64,000 bases of DNA from Balanoglossus misakiensis (taxonomy: Eukaryota > Animalia > Hemichordata): positions 3,054,735 to 3,118,734 of the forward strand of contig CM082592.2 in assembly GCA_040954595.2 (NCBI GenBank), in the 5' to 3' direction. Below are positions 1-11,918 of the stretch, piece after piece (positions within the stretch are counted from its first letter, which is position 1; each line of letters opens with the position of its first letter). The notes beneath the pieces were generated by a model. It did not search any database. It was not told the origin of the DNA and saw nothing but the letters and a program-made list of their open reading frames with translations. Both the position numbers and the translations under genes were made by a program.

Positions 1-481
1 CACATAAGAAAATTGTGTGAAATACAGTGCTCAAAGTTGCATTTTAATGAACTCAAAAGAAAATGAACTCAATGTGAGGGACAAATTTTACTTTTGCCAC
101 TCCACTCAAAGTGGGGTGGGGTCACTGGGGTGGCAAGAAATCTGCCCAGGTACACTAGACAAACCAGCCAATAAATGAAACCTGGTGAAGTATGGAGGGG
201 GTGGGTGTTCTGCTGTGCAAAATTTCCACATTTTCTATAGGAAGGAATTGTAGCCCGACGGGCCAGCCAACTCGGCACATAAAGGCCTGTGGGAGCTAAC
301 ACTCTGTATGCGTTGAGGGATTTCTGGTGGTAACAACATTAATGCAGCCTGAGGGTAATGTTAGAACACGGCCACAAAAGTATTCTCCAATCGGCGCCAG
401 TGTGGTGTAGAATAGAATGACAATCCTGTCTTCCGATATAGAAAGTTACCCCCCCCCCCCGGCCCGTTTGTATGAACACCA

Positions 482-1610
482 CTAAACAGGTTGGTTAATC
501 AACGTAGAGTAACGAACATGTCCTTCGCAGCCAGTGATTTTCCCAATTGTCTTCCTCCAGAAACTGATTACATTCGGTTTCTTTGCAGTTTGACCAAGAG
601 CATGTTCAAGGTCGCTCCAAAACTTCTTTTTATCTTCCTCTAAGCCTCGGTCGCGCCATTGAATGTAGGTAATGGATTCCACGATCCGTTTAATAACTGG
701 CGGGAGCTTTGTTTGGTCGATGTTGCCTTTCAAAACAGGGATCACTTTCTGTCCCTTGTTGATCAAGTTGTCCATGGCAACACTGGCCTCATGCTTACAA
801 TAGCCGCTCTCAAGAAACGATGCTGATATTATCAAAACTACTGCTCTGCTATTATCGAATGCTTCTTCGATATTATCGAATATGCCTACAGAAGGAAGAT
901 GAAGAAAACATGGTTTTGGGGAGAGAAACTTAAACCAATGTCCACCCTATCTTGAAAGCTAACTGACATTCACAAAATGAAATACCTACCTTTACCGCCA
1001 ATAAAATCTCGTTCATGGATTAGCAATGTATAGGTTCCATCAAAGTAGTTGGCGACATCATCAACAAAATCACTGTCTTTGCTGCTATACGAGATGAAAG
1101 CGTCGAACTCTTTGTTTTCTGTAATGATAGCACATGATGATATAAAACCGGACAGTTTCAGTTCTCATGATCTTCGACATTTTTCAAGGAGATATTAAAT
1201 AGTGTAAATGTTGGTTGTCCATTTGGAGGAGCATGTTCTTGCAACTTTCCTCTCGACTTTCTCATTAAGCAAATTGCATTTCATCAAATTAAATGCCACT
1301 CACAAAACAATCAAACATTCAAAGAAAAGGGCGTGTTCAAACAAACTCCGTAGTATAAGCCTACAAGTATTGACACCGTTCACATTCGTTATATCCGAAT
1401 ATGCGTAATAACAGAGTTCGTTATAGCGATGCTCCACTGTACCATGTTGAGGATAATACATACCGTCGGCCCCACTCATTTCCCAATCCCCTTGAAATAG
1501 CAAAAACAATCTGAGTCTGTACCGATATCCCAGGTACACAAACATTGGAGCGGCTAACAGGAGAAGGCAAATTGTCAGAATCCATGGGAGCGATCCCGTC
1601 GTCACACTTC
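482..1610 (-). CDS. TM and TIR-domain exons of copy A
   Basis: Reverse-complement counterpart of 21023-22157; ORF 482..835 IISASFLESGYCKHEA...FWSDLEHAL. Confidence 0.9.
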
Positions 1611-4600
1611 CTGCTATGTAAGGTTAAATATGGTGCAAAATGTCATTCTTTCGTAATTTGTATTTTTGAAGCGATGCGTAAAACAACATTCAATATGAGA
1701 GATGGTTATAGAAAGCCTCCTAATATTATACATTCTTATAAAGCATGATACAGGACTATAATGTCATATGCATGAGACACACATCAGTCAGCAGTTTGTG
1801 ATGGGCAAACACTTTGTCAATGAATGGAGACATTTCTGTAAATACTCCAAATTGTCTTTCGCGGTGCACATATTTCCTCGTGTACATAACGGCTTCTGTT
1901 TCATGGTATGACGTCATGCGATAAAAATCATTATTTTTCCAGTTCCATATACCGATATGTCTGATCCGGCCATTACACTGCATGGTGAAAACACACTTTA
2001 AAGATTTCCGGCGATATTGCCCCAAAACTCTAATCACATGTAACATAATGAATAGTTGTTGTAAGTCTGACTTACTTATAACAGTGACCTTAAACTGGCA
2101 ATGCGCTGTATTGTTGGCAGAATCCGTGACTGCGTATCGAACCATTGTTGTCCCAACAGGAAAGACATCACCTGGATCGAAGTTACTGTACATGGTGGCC
2201 ATGTCGGAGTTGTCGTTCATTGTTGGTATTGACCACGTGACATTCGCATGTGTTTCATAGTCTGTATACTGAGTGATATCTTGTGGACACCCCTCTATGG
2301 TCGGCGGTACTGTGTCTAAAGAAGCAAATGAATTTCATTTCTTGTTTACTAGTTTTAGACTTGTTTATCTTATCTGTGATGCAAAATGGGCCACATAAAG
2401 AGAAGTGTTATACGAATAGATATCGAAATGTTGCAGTCGGTTACTCATAACTAGCCCACATGATCAATCGTAACAACCGAATTAGACAAACTGGAAATAA
2501 GGTTACAGAAAATGACAAATTGATCTCGAGAATGTTCCACTCGGTTGACTGAATATTCTTTTTAGGCGGTGTGATAAAAGGAGACAATTGCTCGATTATT
2601 TTATCCACTCAACTTCGTTCAGCATATTAAGAAACACTGATATCTTAAAGTGAAGAGTCGTCTTAACTGCGCATGTGCGACATTTCTATCTTTTTAAGCA
2701 CAATACGTATTATATCAAAGTAACATGGAAATGTGATAGAAAATAATGACACAGTGTTTGCCATGTTGTACACTATAGTAGATTCACTTTGCAGCTACTT
2801 TGACTTGCGAGTAATTGCATCGTATGGGACCAAACCTTTAGCAGCAGATGGGAAGACCCAACCTTTAAAAGCATTCAACATATCATTTTAATTATTCTAT
2901 ATTTACTGTGCACATTTCCATTATAATGATAACACAGTGTCAAGAAAGAAACGAAAGACACGAGTAATTTAATCATCTTTACCAATTTGACAATGTGCCC
3001 CTGTCCATCCATCCTTACATTGACAACCATGATATCGATCGCACGAGACAGTGCAACACGGCTGACAGTCACATGACATATTGCAGGAGGTTCCATACTT
3101 GTTTGGGGAGCATTCTGCGAAGAATTGTCAAGAATCCGGTGAAGGAAGTTATTTAGGTGTTGTACACTTGTTATTGCTGTGTTATTTACACATACAGACA
3201 GATTGTATGTAAAGTAAGGGTAGCTGGAGAAACGATAGGCGGTGAAATCTCGACAGCGTGGTTTCGTGAGTCAATGGTCTCACTCATCTGGAGACTAAAC
3301 TGCCAATGTGTGTGTGTGTCTGTGTGTGTACTTCGTATTTCTCCATCCCCGTAGAAGCACATACTTAAGATAAGTTTAGCTGAGGCTGTGTATTTCCTGG
3401 AATATTTGTCTGTTACTTGACACTCATAGATGCCTTCTGTTTTGTCCGTCAGACGGTTGATTTCCAATGTAGATATCCTGTGGGTAATTAATTTGAAAAT
3501 TGTTAAGATTAGTACATTGCTTAACGGAAATGATGATTGTCCACCGACATTGGTCGCATGTCACATGTTGCCCGCAATGGCTAAAATGTCTTCTTCTCTG
3601 AAATTGCATGTCCGATTACTTATTCCAGATTACTAGGGGTGACTTGTACGTAAAGTTTGTTCAAATTGTTGTGAAAGTTGCATATCGGGTAATTCTTACC
3701 ACTTTTGGTTAACAAAACCTTATAATTTATGCACGTTAAAAGCCATGAAAAGACGTACCCGAAGATAGTTTGATCCGCATAGAAGTGTTCGCCAGTCTTC
3801 CTCTCCAGGTCGTCGTCCACATTTTCGTGGTTGAGAGTCCACGACATGGCATTCTTCCAGTCTTCATTCTCTTGTGATAATTGTATGTTTTGTATAGTAC
3901 ACGTTAACAAAGTGAACGTATCATACTCAACTTCTCTGTGGGTTGGAGAAATGCTCACAACAGGTCTGGCTGTAACATATAAGAGGACACTGTACATGAT
4001 TTTCCTGGGCAAATAAAATAATGGAGAACCATGGAATTAAATCATTTGGCGTTGATAACGGAATCTTTTATCGAAATCTGAATATCAGTCTGCTTTATTT
4101 TGTTCTTCATTTTCATTTTCACGTGGTACATATTACTATTGGTAGCGCATTGAGTTGTTTTATTTTTATCGCTCCAGGTGCCATCTGATCGCCTGTGTTT
4201 TAAAAAAAGAAGGGTTTCGTTAGCAGGGTTTGGTATAAATTTGTGGAAGTCGTATACGTCCATAACTTTGTTTTACTTGCATCTGAAAAATAAATTCAGG
4301 ACTTACGGATATCACAGGCAGCTCCGTGCCATCCCAGTTTGCATTTGCAGGCCCCATTGAACACGTGACACTCTGCATCATTCTTACAAATGCACATTTT
4401 GTCGCATTTGAAACCATATTGTCCCTTTGGACAGCCTTCAAATGAAAACGATTAGAAACAAACGTAAGATGCCGAAGTTTCGTTTCATTGTCATTCAACG
4501 TGTGTATAATCACTCGAATCTTGAATTGACAGTATAAACAAGTAATTCGTCTCTTTTTTCATACCTACATAATCCAACCGAATAGATAGCGAAGCGATCT

Positions 4601-7600
4601 TTTCGTTGTCAAAATATAATGAGTAGTTACTTTGCGACAACGTTACTTTTGTATCGATGTTTTCAAAAAGCACCATTAAAAGCGAAAATACAGATTCCCC
4701 CTGGTTATTCGTCTCATGGAACCAATCCTCGTTAATTTTAGCATCTGGCGGGAAATTTTCCTGTGTAAAAAAGGGTATGTCATCTGAAAATGAGTCTGTA
4801 TGAAGCTTTGCATTGCAGGTAAAGGAAGTCACGGTGACCATTGTTTGCATACTGATGAACCTACACAGGATAGCTGCTTGTATACACATATTGACTGGCC
4901 ATGAGGGCAACAGCATACGTCTGTAACCTGAGGGACTGTGAGTCACCCTCCAAAACAGATTGCTTCCCGAGCCCGAAGGCCGAGTGAAACAGTCTGTTTT
5001 GGGGGGTGAAAGACGTATGCTGTTACCCGAAAGCCATTCAATATGTGTGTTGTAACACACCGATCATCCACAGCCATGCATAAGAACTCACCATACACAA
5101 AGTGAGCGGGCATCATTTTTCAGAACTGGTGTCCGGCGGGACGCACACGTGACTATCAAATTGACGAATGACAACACAGTCTTTGGATGATGTATGTTAC
5201 AAGAAAGAGTATTATATGCATAAACTATCAGCGTACGTGGCACACGATTCATATCTATAAAGTGATGCCCCATTGTACACTTTGGACATATTAAGTGAAA
5301 ATCTGCAATGTTTCTCCGATCTTCCAACCTAACATCTTTTCCGAAATTGTACCTTAATCCAAAGCCATTAACAGCGCACAGCTAGCAAAAAAAATGCTTC
5401 AAAAGAACCCGAGAATGGCTGTAACTATAAAAGAGAAATTTGATGTTTTCAACATCTATATTTTGAATTAAATAAATATGTCTCACCAAATACCTTATTA
5501 TGATAAATACGAAAACTGACTTTTCGGCCATCAGAGTTTGTACCCACTATCTTAACGTCTGTTCTTGACAGGTCATGAAATTCGGTTTTCCCTCTCACTC
5601 GCGTGTACCATTTCGCCATACCTGTATGAAGTTGCAATAAACGTTTTATCCATTTATATGACATGCAGCAATTTTCAGAACGGGAACGGGAAATCTCCAG
5701 TAAACAGTTGACACTGTTATTTTTCAGATAAACATCATCGCAAATAGTTATGAATATTGTACTTACATTTTCCATTATTTATATCACCCTCGACGTCACT
5801 AGGGGAAATGCTTGGAAAAGATTGCTCCAGTGGTAGCGCATAGTTCTCAATGAAAACGGAAAATGATAAATTCTAGTGTAAAATAAGATTGTACTCCTTT
5901 AATGAACTTATTACAGTTTAAAAGACAATATGACTTAATTTCAACTTCTTAAACTAAGCATTAACATGTTGTGAGTGCGCATATCATGAGGTAGGATTAT
6001 CAAGTCTGTAAACACCTTATAACCATGGTACGTACCAGAAAACTCTTGTGCAGACGAGTTGGCATTGCACATGTTTCGTTGTAATATGGCGGCCATTCTT
6101 CAACGTCATCAACCATTATATTGATACTACAGTTTAACAGGCACATTCCCTGATAATCAAAGGAGAATCCAATTGTTTTTTGGTATAATGCAAAGGAAGT
6201 TAACGGGTATTCGTCCAGATTAACTTTCATAATAAATCGCAAGCATGTCTTTGCTGATTAACTGAATGGATTAAAAACATTCCACGCGTCTGTGTGCTCT
6301 AGCTCAGTTGAAAGCAGTATGGGCGCCAAATGCTAGATTTTCTCTAAACAGAATATAGGTAAGCCACTGAAATTCAAACATTTACATTTATATTTGAAAA
6401 TTTCGTGAGTGCCAAATTCATATAATATTGGTATAACAGTGTTTAACCCCATCTGACAACACAAAAGTCTCCGAAACTTACAGAAAATAAGAATTTAGGA
6501 ATAACAATATCACTTATCTTACCGACACGTTTTGAAGTTTAGTCAGAATTGATAGCGTGTATTCGTGGTCAACATCGTAGTCAAGGTAACCCTGTACTGA
6601 AATATCACCTGTTTCGGGGTCTACATTGAATCGACCATTCTGTTAATGTAAGAAATTAATAAGTAGTAAACTTTCTACAACTTGGTGAACTCCATAAAGC
6701 CTTCCTTTCATGTGAAAATTCCAACACGTTCAAATTGATATTAATTTGCATGTCTCTTCCTATTTCCTGCAGGTGGTTTTAACATAGCGTTAACATTTTC
6801 ACTATGTATAATCACATTTCTGAAACCTTTCCATAAATATGCGAATGATCAATCATTGCCTCCAAAAGCAAAGGAACAGTCGCACTGGACGTAAAATTAT
6901 TGGCATTTGTGTCCTGTATGAATATAAAAGAAATCATCAGATTAAAAGAAATACGATATTTTATGTAAGAGTTACTTTAGCTAACTTAGCAATACCAACG
7001 CTCTCATGCCCTTAGATCTTCTACTGTAAAACAAAAAGAAACCCGAAAGAATCAGCGGGTGTTTCCTCCCTTGATAAGCCGATAACCTCTTTAAAGTTTT
7101 GTGTTACGCTTGGAAATTCTACCAACATATCCGAAAAACCATGAATGTCCAGTAGGCATGAGTCCATGCCCGACGTGAAATTTACTAGACATTATTTTTT
7201 GGTATGTACCAGAAAACAAATGTCTAAAAGATGACGTAGCTTGTTTTGTTGTTTAGAAAACTGTTTACTCATCGCGCAAAATAAGAACAAGAATAAATTG
7301 TGTTACCTGATAAACATTTGATGAATCAGTTCCATCTGAGAAGTGTGTCCCATTTCTATGTTTCCATGGCAATGAGAAGATGACTGTCCCTATAGCAGTA
7401 TCCTGTAACATACATTCATGACAAAAAAAATACTTATCGCGCTTTGCTCGTGTGCGTCTGGGAAAGGTCATTTGCATCTGAAATATGATATACAGTAGAT
7501 ATGCAAATTGGGTGTGTTTTTGAAGACCTGCGTGGAATCTTATTGTTTAGGCAAAGAAAAGGCATCACTGCCCATCGGCAAAGACTGCCACATATAATTC

Positions 7601-9064
7601 CAAGACTTGCCGATTCAATGGTTTTTCAAACAGTATCAGTTGCCTTTCGAATTACCGTTGGTTTTCATATTGAAAACAAGTTCATCTAATTCCTTCCCTA
7701 CAAAAGAAACTTTTAGAAAACAAACTTGAATTTATCAACGTTTAATTGAGTATTAACGATAAAACATACCTTCAAACATAACGCAAATGTTAGCAACCTA
7801 CTCTTGTTTTGGAATTTAATGATTGTCTAACTTACGTCAGCTTGAAGAGTCACGTTATCAATACGTTCACGGTACAGTACATGTTTCTAGACCATCTAAC
7901 GTGATAGTGGGGCAATATTTATCATGGATTTCGGTCTGCAAGGCATGGCAAGGTTTTGTGCAGGGTCAGCCGGTTACAAAACAGCCCTGCCACATAGAGC
8001 TATACATGCCAATGTATATAGAGTACGTATTTTTATCAATCATGCCCATCGTGCAAACCATATAGCCTACCACAATGTCACATTACTCCAGTCTACTGTG
8101 CAAACCATCTCCAGGTGAATACCATAAAAGAACGATCCGGCCACAAAAAGTAGTCGTTATTTATAACAGAAAGATATATCACAGTACACTACGACAGTGA
8201 GGGAACTTGCTAACCGAAACATTGGAGACGCCCTCGCTTATATTCATAGGCAGGTGATAGTAAAGGTATTATGGTGAGTCATACACTGAATGTTTGAACT
8301 CTTCAAACCCGGTGATGTTTGTTTGTTTGCTTGGACAGTGGCCAAATGATTGATGTTACTGCTTCAATCTGACCTAGGGTAACAGTACCTGTCGATTTTG
8401 CGTGGTACGTGAATTAATTTGTGCGGTATATAAGTGTTGGTTCCGACACGAATTCCATGAAAGACATGTTGATGTCGATTAATAATGCTCTATAGTGAAC
8501 TCTTAATGCACTCTAACCTCTGTTGTGAGTGCGATCGCTACAGAGCATGCGTGATCCACACCCTGGGTAATTTCAGGTTCAAAATGTCATATTTAAGTTG
8601 TGTAATATACAACTCACATGATATGATGATACAATAAGATTTGTTTCATACAGGCAAGTAGCGTGCTAGTTTGGTAGAAGGGCGTTTGGCAGGCTACATA
8701 GAAGAAATCACGAAAGGAATTGTTTTTATAGGCCGATACAGTGATAGTGAATATGAAAATGGGTTCACAATGCAAATTAAAACAATAATGTTTGTCTGTA
8801 TAAAGTCAGATGTGGTGGCCAAATTCAAAGTATATATGGCTCTTCTACGCACTATTCACGAGCAAAAAACAGATCAGTGTAATAACAATGCACCACGGCA
8901 AACTTAGCGGACAGCGAACGCGGGATTCAAATAGGCAACCCCGGGCTGCACACTGCAAACTGTTTCACAGTTTATACATCGTTGTACATATTCTCGTAAA
9001 ACTCACCTGTGTAAAATAAGAAAAGGACAAGTTGCAGCAAATCGGTGATTCTGGTTCTAGCCAT
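482..9064 (-). CDS. TIR-domain single-pass receptor, copy A (SP - partial cadherin-like - variable region - EGF - Ig - EGF - HYR - TM - TIR); lacks exon 2, so possibly a pseudogene or shortened isoform
   Basis: Exons with GT-AG ends: 9064-9007 (MARTRITDLLQLVLFLFYT), 7402-7307, 6639-6523, 6149-6036, 5872-5767, 5621-5494, 4760-4565, 4435-4307 (EGF), 3969-3759 and 3477-3365 (Ig), 3114-2983 (EGF), 2315-2076 (HYR), 1610-1464 (TM), 1118-990 (FDAFISY...LLIHERDFIGG), 885-482 (TIR C-half). Phases are consistent from exon 3 onward, but exon 1 (phase 1) does not match exon 3 (phase 0). Confidence 0.8.
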
Positions 9065-9548
9065 TGCGACCGACAGTCCAATAACGTTGGTGAGACCAGG
9101 CGGAAGAAATACGTTCTATGTTGTGAAGAGTACCCAAAAGGTCTGTGATAGCGGAAGTCAGATCTGCAAGTGAACTTTGCAAGATGGCGCTGGAAATACC
9201 CTAAGTCTATTTATACATTTGTGGGCAATGTACTCAATGACAGTAAAATATAGGCCTATATCTTGTGATATGCACGTACATGTAGGTACTGTCTTTTTAG
9301 TGAATAACGACGTACTTCCGGAGAGTATAAGGGACAGTTAAGTGGTCTAGTTGCTTTAGCCTATAACCAGAGAACGATAATAATAATTTCTCATTCAGCC
9401 TCGCCGATGCAAAATCTGTTGGACAAACGAACTCGACTAGTTCTTAGGAACTATTTTTTGTGGCTCCTGCCAGAAATTTTCTTTATTTTATTTTCTACTG
9501 TACTCTATAATGTTGATGTAAATGCTTCCATTCATTTTTTGGCAAATA

Positions 9549-9549
9549 A

Positions 9550-9586
<37 letters not shown>
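9549..9586. repeat. (TTA)n microsatellite, left arm only
   Basis: About 12 units; lies in a block missing from the right arm. Confidence 0.9.
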
Positions 9587-9590
<4 letters not shown>

Positions 9591-10409
9591 CAAACATAGT
9601 CGCGCCATACCAAAAAATGTTTTACCAAATCAATTTAGAAAAGTTGGGATCAGAAAATACTTTTTGGTGATTTTTTTCGTGGCGTTGTAGTTCTCATGTT
9701 TTCATGCCTCGAATATGCATGAGCTTGATGAAAAAAAAAACGGATTTAACCTTGGCTTTAATGTATGCATTATCGTTTGGAACTGACGTCATACAACGTA
9801 TACATTTATTCATATTAAGCCAATCGGCGTTCATACTTTTCCCATAATTTGTCCCACCGAAGTTCATCATTCATTAAGTTCACCCACTAAACGCATATAC
9901 AAGAGAGTGATAAAGGCTTAGAATTTTAATGAGACTATCTTTACTTTAATAACTTCAGATCATTCTCAATATCATGGTTTAAACAACACTAATGACATTA
10001 CTATACAGTACAAATGAGTACAATAAATGTGAAAGCTTAATGTTCATGATATTAATATATCAGCTACCGTTTAATTTTCATAAATCGGGTCACTATGTAT
10101 CTGCTTACATATATGCCAAGATCTGAACTGCAGTCTTTGTAGTCATATTGAGAAATAAGAGTCATTTGAGATGTGTTTGAATGGTCTGATTTGATTCATG
10201 TAATTGCTCTAATAATTTAGCATAATATTTGCACTTAAGCAGTAGACGAGGATAATCATGAAACTCGCCAATATAAAAGGAATTATAGGAACACGTTATT
10301 GAACCAAGCAATCTGCTTCTTTGGGGATTAAAATTTTGTGGCCCAAGAGAAATTCTCGCAGGATTTCTGTATTCAGAGTATCCGATATCCTGAAGGTTAC
10401 ACTCGTAAT

Positions 10410-10710
10410 ATTTCAGTTTAGGATTCACAGAACAGAATTGCATCTGCATGTATGCGTGGCAAAGAACTAATGGAGGTGATGATGCTGAAATACTTGTGTT
10501 GATTGGAGTTGTGATTTTCAGAGATGAAAATATGTACTCATGTCAACAGTATACTTGACAAAGTGGTAATTAATGCTTTAGTCTCCCTTGACATCAAAGA
10601 CTTCTATGAACCTTTCAATTTCTTCCTCATCAAATGAATAAGTCTGTTAAGAACAGTGTGCCTTTTCTTTCTATCACATTGCAATAACTTTGCATTCAGT
10701 GTTAAATGTT
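10410..10710 (+). repeat. ~300 bp direct repeat R, copy 1 (palindrome spacer)
   Basis: Shares runs such as ggaggtgatgatgctgaaatacttg, tgtcaacagtatacttgacaaag and cttctatgaacctttcaatttcttcctcatcaaatgaataagtct with 22420-22725, same orientation. Confidence 0.9.
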
Positions 10711-11689
10711 TTCTCAGAAAACATATCATATCTTTCGTTCATGAATTGCCTGTTCCTGTTATAACATAACGGACGGAACACGTTCCGAGTGTGACCTTCA
10801 GGATACCGGATACTCTGAATACAGAAATCCTGTGAGAATTTCTCTTGGGCCACAACATTTTAATCCTCACAGAAGCAGATTGTTTGGTTCAATAACGTGT
10901 TCCTATGATTCCTTTTATATTGGCGAGTTTCATGATTATCCTCGTCTACTCCTTAAGTGCAAATATTATGCTAAATTATTAGAGCAATTACATGAATTAA
11001 ATCAGACCATTCAAACACATCTCTAATGACAATTATTTCCTACTATGACTCCAAATACTGCAATTCAGACCTTGGCATATATGTAAGCAGATACATAGTG
11101 ACCTGATTTATGAAAATTACACGGTAGTTGCTCTGTTAATATCATGAACATGAAACTTTCACATTTATTGTACTCATTTGTACTGTAGTAATGTCATTAG
11201 TGTTGTTTAAACCATGATATTGAGAATGATCTGAAGTTATTAAAGTAAAGATAGTCTCATTAAAATTCTAAGCCTTTATCACTCTCTTGTAGATGCGTTT
11301 AGTGCGTGAACTTAATGAATGATGAACTTCGGTGGGACACATTATGGGAAAAGTATGAACGCCGATTGGCTTAATATGAATAAATGTATACATTGTATGA
11401 CGTCAGTTCCAAACGATAAACGATAATGCATACATTAAAGCCAAGGTTGAATCCGTTTTTTTTTCATCAAGCTCATGCATATTTGAAAAAAAAAATAATC
11501 AAAAAGTATTTCCTTATCCCAACTTTTCTAAAACACATTGATTTGGTAAAACATATTTTGGTATGGCGCGACTATGGTTGGAGTTCGTTTGTCCAACAGA
11601 TTTTGCATCGGCGAGGTTGAATGAGAAATTATTATTATCGCACTCTGGTTATAGGCTAAAGCAACTAGACCACTTAACTGTCCTCTATA

Positions 11690-11805
11690 CTCTCCGGAAG
11701 TACGTCAAGTTTTTCACTAACAAGACTGTACCTCCGTGCATATCACAAGATATATTACCCACAAATGTATAAATAGACTTAGGGTATTTCCAGCGCCATC
11801 TTGCA
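11690..11805 (+). promoter_or_regulatory. Putative core promoter of copy B (mirrored at ~9180-9320 for copy A)
   Basis: ETS-type CCGGAAGT 11694-11701, TATAAATA 11768-11775, kB-like GGGTATTTCC 11782-11791, YY1-type CGCCATCTTG 11794-11803, ~120-230 bp before the ATG. A perfect CRE TGACGTCA lies at 11398-11405 and 9784-9791. Motif matches only. Confidence 0.4.
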
Positions 11806-11918
11806 AAGTTCAGTTGCAGACCTGACTTACGCTATCACAGACCTTTTGGGTACTCTTCACAACATAGAACGTATTTCTTCCGCCTGGTCTCACCAACGTT
11901 ATTGGACTGTCGGTCGCA

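Noticed and set aside
9407-9670. ORF with a poly-Leu, TM-like stretch
   Set aside because: Translation of the (TTA)n microsatellite; not preserved in the other arm.
10580-10650. Minus-strand peptide TYSFDEEEIERFIEVFDVKGD in both R repeats
   Set aside because: Only 21 codons with an upstream in-frame stop and no recognisable family. It may be a relic but cannot be supported as a gene.
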